Part shown: one piece after another, positions 18,215 through 28,862 of the stretch | Position numbering within the stretch: position 1 is the stretch's first letter | How the letters are laid out: each line of letters begins with the position of its first letter | From: an uncultured Nitrososphaerota archaeon | GTDB lineage: Archaea > Thermoproteota > Nitrososphaeria > Conexivisphaerales > DTJL01 | Assembly: GCA_963842885.1 (NCBI GenBank) | Contig: CAWJIE010000005.1 | Coordinates: 1-64,000, forward strand | Length of the DNA: 64,000 nt | Direction: 5' to 3' | The notes under the pieces: generated by a model | The model's database searches: none | What the model was told of the DNA's origin: nothing | The model's input: only the letters and a program-made list of their open reading frames with translations | Made by a program: the position numbers and the translations under genes

Positions 18215-19250
18215 TTGAGCGGCAGCCAGTCAGACGACGGGTTCAACAAGGCGAGGGCGGACCTCTTCGAAGCCCTAGGCCACCCGCTCAGACTGGAGAT
18301 ACTGCGCGCCCTGTCCGAGTCGCCCCTGGGCTTCGCGGATTCTTAAGAGGAAGGTGAACGTCACCAGCAGCGGCCATCTGACGCACCACCTTGAGAAGCT
18401 GGACGGGCTGGTGATGACGACGCCAGATGGTCTGTATAGCTTGTCGGACGACGGGAGGGAGGCGCTCAGGGTCGTGGGAGAGCGAGGTCCGTCGGTTGAT
18501 CGGAATGGAGCCAAAGCGAACGCAGGGGGTAGGATACTCGTCAGGCGCTGGCTCGTAGTGGGCGCGGTGGCCTCCATCATCTTCTTGGCTTCCATGACGG
18601 GCCTGGTCTACTCACAGCTCAGCTCCCAGATTGGCGCCCAGCAGAAGGAGATAGACTGGTTGCAGGAATTGCTCGGTCAGTACAACGTCACGACCTATGC
18701 CGATGCCGCTGACATCGGGCTTGGGTTGCGCCTGAGCTTATCAGTGAACTCTAGTGTGATCTCTTCGAACCAAACCCTAGCGGTCGGCGTTTCCATCACG
18801 AACATCCTGGGCCGAACAAACAACGTCAGTGTCGCCAGCTCGTGGGCGTACGGCTTTCCCCCCGCCTTCTGTGGGATGACATTCGGCTCCCTGATCAATT
18901 ACGCTCCCTACAACGTCGCAATATTCTCTGGATTCTATACCCTCGACGACGTTTCCCAGGGAACCCCCTTACCGCTTTACCTTGAGGAGATTACTGGGAC
19001 TCATAACTGCCCCGAGATTCCCGTCGAGATTTCATCGTTCATGTTCTTGCCGTCGAGCGGAGCAGCCACCGTGGTGAGGGCAGACAACGAAAACACGCAG
19101 GTCGACAGCGTCGGGGCGTCCCTTACGATAGGCGCGGGCACGGGCGCAAACTCGTGGAGCCCCCCCATCTCCTTCACGCCAGGCGTCTACACGGTGCTGG
19201 CGGGGGACGAATGGGGTCAGCTCGTCGTGCTTCACTTCTTGGTTCAATAA
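18215..19250 (+). CDS. ArsR-type wHTH / transmembrane / extracellular domain regulator, one frameshift
   Basis: FEALGHPLRLEILRAL..GFAD(LKRK)VNVTSSGHLTHHLEKL, a TM helix, then a beta-rich domain ending PGVYTVLAGDEWGQ. Confidence 0.75.
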
Positions 19251-19432
19251 GGCTCCGAATCTGACCGTGCTCTTGAGATTACACCCACCCTTTTAGGAGG
19301 GTGAAGGTCCCACCGCAACCACCCTGTCGGGTTTCAGTCAGACAACCTCTCTTTCATGCCCTCTATGAGCCATAGGGATTCTATCCCTTGCGATATCATC
19401 TCAGACGGAGATTATAACCCGAAAGCAAATAA

Positions 19433-19449
19433 GCACGCCCGCAGCACCA
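19433..19449 (+). repeat. Right att-like 17-bp direct repeat GCACGCCCGCAGCACCA
   Basis: Identical to 9484-9500. Confidence 0.75.
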
Positions 19450-19817
19450 ACAATTCTGTCCAAACCCCTACTGTCGACGTGGGTCTCTCCTAACCCGCAT
19501 GAGGACCGCGTAGGACGATTGCATCGTTTCATGAGCCATCGACCCTTACTGGCAGATGGTCAACTCCCTCATCAGCACTTTGGACGACGAAGCTTCTCGC
19601 AAGAAGCAGGAGGCCGTCGAAATGCTCAGGCGAGTGGCCAAGGCGAATTCTCTTTGGGGATTTGACGAACAGCAAGTGGAGGCCCCAGACAGACGGGGGC
19701 ATCAGGCACCACATGGCCATCCACCGGCCGAACTGAAAGATGAGGTGGTTCGCCCGGGCATCGAGGCCTATTCAATTCGTTGATTAAGGGCATGGCCTTC
19801 CCGACTGGTGGTGGAAC

Positions 19818-20603
19818 GTGGTCCAGAACATCGATCCGGTGTACCTCCTCGGGCCGATGGTCACCTTCGGCTTCAGCGTCGCCCTGGTCCTCTTTTGGGC
19901 CTTCAAGCGAAGGTTTTCCGCATCGGTCCTACTGTACTCGCTGGTGGCCTATGCCGGGGCCATCGCCCTGAAGTACGCCATACAGATCCCTACGGCCAAG
20001 GCGGTTGCCGACGCATTCGGAGCCTCCAGCGTCGCCACGGGCCTCTACTATGGAACGCAGACCATGATTCTGGAAGTGGGGCTGGCATATGTTGTAGCGC
20101 GGTTCGCCGTCTCGAGGGACAAGTTCGTCGCTGATGATGGAGAAGGCTACGGAATCGGCCTTTCCTTCTGGGAGAACGGTGTGCTCCTGGGTCTTCTCTC
20201 GCTGGTGAGTCTGGCAGCTGACTACGTGATCCTTGCCGGTGGCTCTCCTGCCCTCTCGCAGCAGGTGTATCAGCAGCTGCTGACCGCTGAGCCCCAGCTC
20301 TTCTCACCGCCTCTCCAGGCCCTTCCCTCCATCGGCTTCGGCATCCTCGAAAGGCTTTCGTCGACGCTGCTCCATTTCTCCTGGGGCTACCTGACCCTGA
20401 TGGCTGCCTGCTTCCGTAGAAGGTCCTTGCTCCTCCTTGCCCTGCCGATGGGACTGGTCGATTCCCTGGTGCCCTTGGCGGGCGCCCTCACTGTTCCCGT
20501 CTTCGAGGCGATCGTGTTCGCGCTGGCTTTGACCTGCCTGGTCGCAAGCCTGGCCTCCACTAGAGACCTGCGGAAGAATATGAGGGTGCGGGCAGCCCCG
20601 TAG
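19818..20603 (+). CDS. YhfC/PrsW-like intramembrane metalloprotease
   Basis: Multi-TM; LEVG, GIGLSFWENG, ERLSSTLLHFSWG motifs. Confidence 0.7.
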   Translation: MVQNIDPVYLLGPMVTFGFSVALVLFWAFKRRFSASVLLYSLVAYAGAIALKYAIQIPTAKAVADAFGASSVATGLYYGTQTMILEVGLAYVVARFAVSRDKFVADDGEGYGIGLSFWENGVLLGLLSLVSLAADYVILAGGSPALSQQVYQQLLTAEPQLFSPPLQALPSIGFGILERLSSTLLHFSWGYLTLMAACFRRRSLLLLALPMGLVDSLVPLAGALTVPVFEAIVFALALTCLVASLASTRDLRKNMRVRAAP

Positions 20604-20624
20604 CGGTGGGATGGGTTCCCACGT

Positions 20625-21332
20625 CTACGGGAGCATCTTCTCCCTTCTGATGAGGCGCCCCGACAGGAACAGGAGGCTCAGCGTCAGGAGGGCGACGAGT
20701 GCCGCTATCCCCAGCTCGAGGACCAAGGTCAGCGCAGGCACGAGGGCCGGGACGATCATCGCAGCCACCAAGAAGAGGGCCCCTGCCGCGATGCCTAGAG
20801 GTTGGTTGGCCCCCATGGGCTGCCTCTGGAGAGAGCTGAAGGCTGACATCAGGATGGAAGTCAGGGAGATGACCGAGTAACCCAGAGCCAGCGTTAGAAC
20901 CACTTGCGTGGCGAGGAGAGACAGGCTGTCCTTTGAGACGATCCCCAAAGTCACCTCCAAGACCAGACCGACGGCCAGAAGGACGGTTCCAAGCAGAAGA
21001 GACGCGCCAAGATACCCTCTGAAGATATCCTGCTGGTCCATCCCTAACGAAAGGAGGTATTCCAAGGTCCCGTTCTCCTTGTCATGCACGAACAGCAGAG
21101 AGACGGGCATGGACGCCAGCAGGCCCGTCAGGCTTACGAGCGGCACGGCAAGCAGCGAAAGGTAGAGGCTGAGGTCAACGTTCTCGGGCACGCCGTGCGT
21201 TGGAAGGTTAAAGGCGGAAACCCCTGCCAGCAGGACGGCGGGTACCAGCATTATGAACGAGATCACCACATATGACAGACCCAGCCTGAAGCCCCTCTTA
21301 GCAGTCACAGCGCTGAAACCCATCTTCATCAC
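20625..21332 (-). CDS. ABC-2 type transporter permease
   Basis: Six TM; DKENGTLEYLLS motif; coupled to the ATPase gene. Confidence 0.8.
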   Translation of the reverse strand: MMKMGFSAVTAKRGFRLGLSYVVISFIMLVPAVLLAGVSAFNLPTHGVPENVDLSLYLSLLAVPLVSLTGLLASMPVSLLFVHDKENGTLEYLLSLGMDQQDIFRGYLGASLLLGTVLLAVGLVLEVTLGIVSKDSLSLLATQVVLTLALGYSVISLTSILMSAFSSLQRQPMGANQPLGIAAGALFLVAAMIVPALVPALTLVLELGIAALVALLTLSLLFLSGRLIRREKMLP

Positions 21333-22180
21333 CTGGTGAAGAACTCCTCCAACGGATTGTCCAGCTCCTTGACCTCCGTCACCGTCACCCCCGTTTCGAC
21401 CAGCCTCTTGACTATGGCCCCCACGTCGTCCTGCCCTGACACCCTGAAGACATAGTATCCGTTGACCAGCTCGACGTTGGACAAGCTGGAGACGTCGCCC
21501 GTGGCCCTTATCCCGATACGGTATTCCTTCGCGCGGATGTTCTCCATCCTATCGAAGAGCTTGAGCGTGCCCTCCTTGATCAGGATGAGATAGGTGCCTA
21601 TCTCCTTAGCCTCGTAGAGGTTGTGCGAAGAATAGAGGACTATCTTGCTCTTGCTAAGCTTCAGGAGGAGGTCCCTTACCTCTTTGGCCATGGCCGGATC
21701 GAGGTTGCTCGTGGGTTCGTCCAGAAGGTAGAGATCTCTTTCCCTCAAGAGGACCTTGGAGACCGAGACGCGTTTCTTCTGCCCCTGGGAAAGGCTGGAC
21801 AGCTTCCTCGTCTGTAGCTGCTCGAGCTCCAGCGCGTTCAGGGCCTTGTCCACGTCACCTCCTTCAATCGAGGCGTAGAACTCCAAGGCCTGTCGCACCG
21901 TCATCTCCTCCGGCAAGGCGTTCAGATGAGACAGGTAGCTCATCCTCCCTCTGGTCTCCTTCGAGCCGTATACGTCCTGGCCATCGAAGTCCACCCCTCC
22001 CTTGGTCGGCTTCAGGATCCCGGCAATCGTTCGGAGGAGGGTGGTCTTCCCTGCGCCGTTGGGACCTAGGACAACGTAGATGGAAGGTTCGGTCACGGAG
22101 AGGGTAACGTCGTGGAGGATGTCCTTACCGTTGTAGCCTGAGTCCACGGAGGCGAGGTGCAGCGAGTGCACATGGATCAC
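21329..22180 (-). CDS. ABC transporter ATP-binding protein
   Basis: GPNGAGKT, LSQGQ, LLDEP, SSH. Confidence 0.93.
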   Translation of the reverse strand: MIHVHSLHLASVDSGYNGKDILHDVTLSVTEPSIYVVLGPNGAGKTTLLRTIAGILKPTKGGVDFDGQDVYGSKETRGRMSYLSHLNALPEEMTVRQALEFYASIEGGDVDKALNALELEQLQTRKLSSLSQGQKKRVSVSKVLLRERDLYLLDEPTSNLDPAMAKEVRDLLLKLSKSKIVLYSSHNLYEAKEIGTYLILIKEGTLKLFDRMENIRAKEYRIGIRATGDVSSLSNVELVNGYYVFRVSGQDDVGAIVKRLVETGVTVTEVKELDNPLEEFFTR

Positions 22181-22208
22181 CCAGCGTGCTTGGGACGGAA
22201 GCTCCGTA

Positions 22209-23329
22209 TTAAACCATAGCCAGGCCGCCTGCCTTCTGACGGAGTGCGCTCCTCCTCCACAGCATCCTGATGAAGAGCACCATCAACAGGTCCGCCAGCA
22301 GGGTCACCGGGAACGGCAACTCGGCCAGCACTCCGAAGACAGCTATCGGAACGAGCATGCCAAAGGACAGGGCGACCTTGATTCTCTCGTTCTCATCCTG
22401 CCCGATGCTTCGCAGGACCCAGGCCAGAAGGAGGCCCTCCATGGACACATGACCACTATGGCCGCAGCCGGTGCGATTCCTGCGCCCATCATGAGGTACT
22501 CCGGGAAGAGGATTGAGGCGAAGAAGAGGAGGCCCATCAGGAATGCAGTTCGCGGGCCTGTCTTCGGCAGCCGTGACCTGGCGCTGATGAGGCCAGCGGG
22601 TGCCAGGCGGGCGGCCGACACCAGAGCCGCGATGGCGACCCAGCTTCCAATGAACACGGGCCATCCCATCCAGAAATGCGAACCCATGTTGACCAAGGCA
22701 AACAGGACTAGCACATCCGCCCCCAGGACGCCGAGCGTAATGCTGACCTAGTCGGACCTGAGCAGGCTCCTCCCCCGTGTCTCTGGCAGCGCCAGATTCA
22801 GGAGGAGTATGGGCAAGGCGACGCTGTAGACCATGTGGACCAGCAGAATCCCGACAGTCCAAACCCAGGAGACCCCCAACCAGTGTCCATAGTAGCCCAG
22901 GGTACCCACAGGCTTCGCCACAGGGTTGTAGAGTGTGCTCAGTGCGATCCCCTCCTCTAGGATGCCGTACGCGGCACCGAGGAGGAGGACCGTGGCCCAC
23001 CCCTTCTTCCATCGTACCATGGCCTCCCGAACCAGGAGCGCGCCCGGAAGGTAGAGGCCCGTGTTCAACAGAAGCTGAAACAAGAACTGAAGTGGGTTGA
23101 GGACCGTCGCGTTCAGTGGGCTGGAGCTCGTCAGGTATTCGGGTATGCCCGGTGTAAGGAGGAAGAGGCAGAGGACTGGGTGAGACCGCAGGTAGGAGGG
23201 TGTGCCTCTGCACGACAACAGTCCATGCCAGGGGTTCGGCGTAGTTGAGGTTTCTCCCACCGCTCTCCTCGTCATTGACACTGTCAGATGGCGGGCGGTC
23301 CTTGAGTGTCGTCGTCGATTGCCGGACAT
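22209..23329 (-). CDS. Multi-pass membrane protein, frameshifted
   Basis: LTPGIPEYLTSSS, YGILEEG, HMVYSVALP; pieces in ORFs 22748-23329, 22343-22714 and the end of 22209-23213. Confidence 0.65.
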
Positions 23330-23415
23330 TGATTATCCGCCCTGCATATCGCTCAGCTCGGATGGACGAGAGGGATGAGCGTCGTTCAGCCGCCGATCCG
23401 GACCCGTGATGGCAC

Positions 23416-23868
23416 CTAGCCGGTGGAGTTGTACACCGAGGGGTAACTTTGTATGAGGTCCAGGTTCAGGCGCAGCACGTTGACGTATGGGTCGCCCAAG
23501 CCGAAGTAGACGCCTTCGACGTTCCTGTCAACCACAGACTTCAGTGACGCCTGGTCGATCCCCGTAGCGCCAGAGACGGCAGGGATCTGAGCGTACGCAT
23601 CCTGCAGGGTGATGTCGGGGTCGACGCCGGACGCCGAATCGTTCCTCGCGTGGAAGAACATCGGGAGGGTGAAGTTGTTGTCGATCAGGTATGAGCCCAC
23701 AGCACGGCCTCCCAGGTGGGCTATCTCCCCGTTGGCCTGGCTAGGCAGGGCCAGCTGGGCCACCCCCGTCACGAACAGAGGGTAGAACAGGCCGCAGATC
23801 AAAAGCGAGACCACAGCCAGCGTGATGGCTGGCCGGTAGCTCCCCCATCCCTTCCCTTTCTCTGACAA
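23416..23868 (-). CDS. kdpC: Potassium-transporting ATPase subunit C
   Basis: YPLFVTGVAQ..QANG, SASGVDPDI, YVNVLRLN. Confidence 0.93.
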   Translation of the reverse strand: MSEKGKGWGSYRPAITLAVVSLLICGLFYPLFVTGVAQLALPSQANGEIAHLGGRAVGSYLIDNNFTLPMFFHARNDSASGVDPDITLQDAYAQIPAVSGATGIDQASLKSVVDRNVEGVYFGLGDPYVNVLRLNLDLIQSYPSVYNSTG

Positions 23869-23892
23869 CTCACATACACCTCATTATCTCTA

Positions 23893-26089
23893 TCACACAG
23901 GCAATGCCGTTATCGCGATGTCTATCAGCTTGATCCCGACGAAGGGAACGATGACGCCTCCTACGCCGTAGATGAGCGCGTTCTTGAGGAAGAGCGACAT
24001 CGTGCTGGACGGCCGGAAAGGAACCCCTCGCATGGCGAGAGGTATCAGCAGCGGTATTATGATCGCGTTGAAGATGAGCGCCGAGAGCACCGCGCTATGA
24101 AGGTTCAGCTGCAACACGTTCAGGGCTCCGAGCTCAGGGAGAGACGTGGCGAAAAGCACCGGCATAATGGCGAAGTACTTAGCGACGTCGTTGGCGATGC
24201 TGAACGTCGTGACAGCCCCCCTCGTCATGAGCAGCTGCTTCCCCAGCATCACTACGTCGATGATCTTGGCCGGGCTGGATTCGAGGTCCACCATGTTGGC
24301 CGCCTCCTTGGCGGCCTGGGTCCCCGTGTTCATGGCCAACCCGACGTCGGCGACGGCCAGGGCCGGCGCGTCGTTCGTTCCATCCCCTATCATGGCGATC
24401 ACCCTGGTCTGGGCCTGCTCCTTCATCGCTATGGCGTACTTGTCTTCGGGTTTAGCCTGTGAAACGAATTCATCGATGCCCACCTCCCTTGCGATGGTCC
24501 TGGCGGTCAGGAACTGGTCGCCCGTAATCATCACCGTCTTGATGCCCATCTTCCTGACCGCCTCTATCCGGTCCTTCATCCCCGGCTTGAGGACGTCCTT
24601 CAGCCGTATTATCCCCAGGGCCACACCGTCCCGTGATATGGCCATGGGGGTGTCGCCCGCTTCCGATACCTTCTTCACGATCGAATCATAGCCGGCCGGG
24701 ATCTCCGCCAGGAGCGTCTTGATGGAGTCGGGTGCGCCCTTCATGATCTCAACCCGGTCCTCCTTCAATCGCATCTCCGGACCGAACCGCTTTCTGCTGA
24801 ACCTCTCCCTCCCACTTGTCCCATCCCCTCCCTTCGGGAACAGGAATCCGCCTCCGCTGGACAGCTTGACGCCGCTGGTCCTCGTCGCAGCCGAAAACTC
24901 CTGGAATTCGGAGAGGGCGAGGCTGTTGAGCTCGTCCGGTATGAAGCCCATCTCGTACGCCAGCCTGATGATGCTGCGACCTTCCGGGGTGTCGTCATGC
25001 CATGAGGACAGGAACGCCGCCTCCCCCACCTCCTCCTCAGTGTGGCCCTCGAAAGGCAGGAACTCCACCGCCTGTCTGTTGCCCACCGTTATGGTGCCTG
25101 TCTTGTCCAGCAGGACCGTGTCCGTGTCCCCTGCCGTCTCGACGGCCCTCCCCGACTTGGCAACCACCTTGTCGGCGTATAGGCGCGATATCCCCGATAG
25201 GCCGATGGCCGGCAGCAGGGCCCCTATCGTGGTCGGCAGGAGGCAGACGTAGAGGGCGATGAGGACCGACAGGTCAGCGCCCAGACCCAAGACCAAAGAG
25301 AGGCCCAGCAGCGAAAGGACGATGATGGAGAAGATGGCCGTCAGCCCGATGAGGACCATGGTGACCGCCTGCTCGTTGGGGGTCTTCGGCCTCTTCGACG
25401 CTTCGATCAGCTTGATCATCTGGCTGATGTAGGTCTCGTCGGGGTTCACCGTGACCCTGGCGACAAGCGTGTCGGTCATCACCTTGGAACCCCCTATCAA
25501 CGGGTCACTGGGCGCCTTTCGGGCAGGGGTCGACTCTCCCGTAAGGAGGGATTCGTCCACCATGGCGATCCCCTCCAGAACCACGGCATCAATGGCCACT
25601 ATGTCGCCCTTTTCGATGAGGATGACGTCGCCCTTCTTCAGCTCGGTGGAGGGGGTCATTACCACCTTCTTCGCCCCCGCCCCCTCACTCACCAGCTTCT
25701 TGGCCGTCACCTCGGCCTCGAGCTTCCTCAGGCTACTGGCGGTGCTCCTCATCTGAGATTCCGCCAGCGAATCCGAGAGCGTGCTGAACCAGACCGTGAT
25801 CAGGAGGATGGCGGCCACCTCCACATAGAAGGTCCTCTCGCCAGGGTTGGCCAGCGAGGGGGAAGCCCTGGGGGTAGACGGCCATCGCCGCGACGATGAA
25901 GAAGGTCACCTCCACCAGCAGCATTACCGGGTTGGCGATGAGGCTGGCTGGGCTCAGCCTGAGGAGGGAATCAGCGATCACCCTCCTCGTCAGGACGCGC
26001 CCAATGGAATTCAGACGACCCTCCTGGGCTGCCGCTCCTCCTGGTGATGTCGTGACGGCGAGGTCTCCGTCGGGCCTGCTGGATGTCAT
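23893..26089 (-). CDS. kdpB: Potassium-transporting ATPase subunit B, frameshift near 25840-25860
   Basis: NPVM..VE, TGES, LLPTTIG, DKTGT, GDGTNDAPAL, TTFSIANDVAKYF. Confidence 0.95.
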
Positions 26090-26107
26090 TTCAATGGCTC
26101 ACTCTCC

Positions 26108-27763
26108 TCACCCTAGGAAGTTCCTCAACCCCTGGAACAGTGCCAGCAGCGGTCCCAGCGCCAGGAACGGGAAGAACGTCAGCACCACCAGGACCAAGAT
26201 GCTTCCTACCAGTACCAGCGAGAACACCACGCTGTCCGTCCTCAGGCCCGCTTCGGTGCTCCTCTTCCTCCCTATCATAGACCCTCCCAGCGCCAGCAGA
26301 ATCCCGATCGGAGCGTATCGCCCGATGAAGATCACGACCGCCGTCGCGACGTTGAAGAAGGGTGTGTTCGCCGCCGCTCCGAGGAAGTCCGACCCGTTGT
26401 TGGCTGCTGCGCTAGTGAACTCGTAGAGTATCTGCGTGAAGCCAACGGAGCCGCTCCCCACGCCTATCGCAGCCGCCGCGCCCGACGCATAGGCCAGGAC
26501 CGTCGGCACCAGAATGATGAGAGGATGGATGAGGAAGGCCACCATCACCAACTTCACGTCGCGCCCGGTGATCTTGATGCCGAGGTATTCCGGAGTCCTC
26601 CCGGTCATCAGCCCCACTATGAAGACCGTGATCACGATGTACATGATCATGTACATCAGGCCCACGCCCTTCCCGCCTGGCGTTGATTGGATGAGCATCC
26701 CCATGAATGCGGCGAGTATCGTCAGCGGATGCATCGCCCCGAGGGCCGAATTCACCGAGCCCGTCGTCACGGCGGTCGTCACCACCGTCCAGAAAGCCGA
26801 GAAGAAGCCGCCTATCCTCGTCTCTATCCCTGCCCCCAGGGGGGTCGACGGAATGAAGGCCAGGGCCAGGTCTATCCCGAAGAGCATGTACGCAGCGTAG
26901 AGCACCGGCCGTGCCTCCCGCTTCTTCCCGAGGAGCTCTCCGAACACGAAGATCAGGGCCGTCGGAAGGAGAAGCATCAACGCTATCTGCAGCACGTCGG
27001 ATATGGGGCTCGGGTTCTGGAACGGGTAGGCCGAGTTCGCCCCGTAGTACCCTCCGCCGTTCGTGCCCAGCTGCATTATGGAAACGAGGGATGCGACCGG
27101 TCCCACCAGGACCGTCTGCGAGGCACCCTCCACGGTGGTCACAGTAAGATATCCGCCCAGAGTCTGTGGCACGCCCATGGCGACGAAGATCACTGCGGCG
27201 ACCGCGCAGAGCGGGACCAGTATCCTGGTCAAGGTCCTGACGAAGTCGACGTAGAAGTTGCCCAGGTCCTTCGAGCCAGATACGAAGCCCCTCACCATGG
27301 CCACCCCCATGCAGATCCCCGTAGCCGCCGACGTGAACTGAAGGAACTGGATGGCCGTCATCTGGCTGAAGTACGACAGCGTGCTTTCGCCTGCGTAGTG
27401 CTGGAGGTTCGTGTTGGTCCCGAATGATACGACGGTGTTGAGGGCCAGGTCCCAACTCAGGCCCGGGAACTTCTGGGGGTTGAGCGGAAGGACCCCCTGG
27501 AAGTAGAGGATGAAGAAGCCTATGGCCATCTGGAGCACGTTGAGGAGGAGCCCCGCGAAGAAGTACTCCTTCCATCCCATCGCGTGGTCCGAGCTCACTC
27601 CCAGAAGCCGATATATCGAGTTCTCGATAGGAGAGAAGACCCGGTCCCAGCGTGTGGGTCTCCTAGTATAGACTCCCGTGATGTACGGAGCTAACAGCCG
27701 CGCTATCGCTACGGTTGCGCCTATTATCAGCGCTGCGATGGTGACGTCGATGGCGGTTGTCAT
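26108..27763 (-). CDS. kdpA: Potassium-transporting ATPase subunit A
   Basis: TNTNLQHY, GTNGGG, TTGSVN, ANNGS filter motifs; GRTPEYLG.K. Confidence 0.95.
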   Translation of the reverse strand: MTTAIDVTIAALIIGATVAIARLLAPYITGVYTRRPTRWDRVFSPIENSIYRLLGVSSDHAMGWKEYFFAGLLLNVLQMAIGFFILYFQGVLPLNPQKFPGLSWDLALNTVVSFGTNTNLQHYAGESTLSYFSQMTAIQFLQFTSAATGICMGVAMVRGFVSGSKDLGNFYVDFVRTLTRILVPLCAVAAVIFVAMGVPQTLGGYLTVTTVEGASQTVLVGPVASLVSIMQLGTNGGGYYGANSAYPFQNPSPISDVLQIALMLLLPTALIFVFGELLGKKREARPVLYAAYMLFGIDLALAFIPSTPLGAGIETRIGGFFSAFWTVVTTAVTTGSVNSALGAMHPLTILAAFMGMLIQSTPGGKGVGLMYMIMYIVITVFIVGLMTGRTPEYLGIKITGRDVKLVMVAFLIHPLIILVPTVLAYASGAAAAIGVGSGSVGFTQILYEFTSAAANNGSDFLGAAANTPFFNVATAVVIFIGRYAPIGILLALGGSMIGRKRSTEAGLRTDSVVFSLVLVGSILVLVVLTFFPFLALGPLLALFQGLRNFLG

Positions 27764-27825
27764 GCCCTTTCATCATGTCCTTCTCCAGCGTAGTCTCCAC
27801 TAGGGATTGCTATGCCCTCCCCGAG

Positions 27826-28125
27826 TTACTCGGAGACAGACGAGGCGGCAGAAGGCTTCTTCCCTCCCGTGCTGTAAGGCCCCTTCTGCGAGTGAAGCAC
27901 GATGGCGCTCACAGTGCTCTTGACGCCTACAGTCTTCATGATCTTGTTCTTCAGGATGTCCCTGAACTCCTCAATGTCCTCTGCCGACACGAGGGTGACT
28001 AAGTCGAACTCCCCCGTGACTTCGTAGAGCTCCTCCATGCAGTCCAGCTTAGAAAGTGATTTGACTACGTCGTCCATATACGGTGAGTCGACGAAGATGT
28101 CTACAAACGCCAGAAGTCGACTCAA
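27826..28125 (-). CDS. Stand-alone Lrp/AsnC ligand-binding (RAM) domain protein
   Basis: YEVTGEFDLV..I..GVKST without an N-terminal HTH. Confidence 0.8.
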   Translation of the reverse strand: MSRLLAFVDIFVDSPYMDDVVKSLSKLDCMEELYEVTGEFDLVTLVSAEDIEEFRDILKNKIMKTVGVKSTVSAIVLHSQKGPYSTGGKKPSAASSVSE

Positions 28126-28299
28126 GCATGGTCATCGGAGCCCGTTCTTCCACCTCGGTTTATATGTGTTGTGCCTCTCGCCAGTGGCTCTCATCGGAAA
28201 GGGTTTCGAAGGCAAAGCCGATTGTCGATCTGATGGGTCTGCGCCGGCCCTTTCGCATTTCCAATGGGAGTGCGAGCTCGAGTTCCAACCGCGCTGCTG

Positions 28300-28548
28300 C
28301 TACTGGGTCCCGACGCTTGTTCCGGCGCGCGAGGCTGTACGCCTTCCAGTCTTCGAAGCGATACCCATGATCGTCACGAGGACACCTATCACCGCGAGAA
28401 GGCCTCCCACGTAGGTCCACGTGGAGCTCCCGTTCATCACGGAGCTTCCACCTATCACGTTCGCTCCCTGCAACGCGAAAACGGTGCCGGCGAGCAGCAT
28501 GAAGATCCCAGCGGCTACCACTGCAGTTCTAATTGGCAAGTTCTTCAC
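28300..28548 (-). CDS. Small two-TM membrane protein
   Basis: GTVFALQGANVIGGSSVMNGSSTW pattern. Confidence 0.65.
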   Translation of the reverse strand: MKNLPIRTAVVAAGIFMLLAGTVFALQGANVIGGSSVMNGSSTWTYVGGLLAVIGVLVTIMGIASKTGRRTASRAGTSVGTQ

Positions 28549-28862
28549 ATACCTCTGTGGACCGCGTTCTTCATGGTCCGCCTATATGAGTCCAGCGAAG
28601 GTTTCCACAAGTCACCCCTCCCGAGAGCTAGTTGCTCCTCGATGAGGCCGGATTCCCTCCTGGGGGCAACTATGGAGGCGAAATCATGGCTCCGAAAGGT
28701 CTTCCTGACTGCCCGCGCTCACTGCCTCCGTTCTTTAGGCAACGGGCTCCCTGGCAGCTTGGGTGTTCAGGCGTCTTTCGCTCTTTGTGCGCGAACATTG
28801 GGCATCGTCGATCGAGCGCAGGTATAAACGGCAGGAGGCATTGCGGGACTGGTGACAAAGCA

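Larger units (their letters stand above)
9484..19449. mobile_element. Integrated mobile element (~10 kb) with two tyrosine integrases
   Basis: 17-bp direct repeats at both ends, integrase immediately inside the left repeat, MGE-type cargo (wHTH proteins, ParB-MTase). Host-type genes resume after about 19800. Confidence 0.75.
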
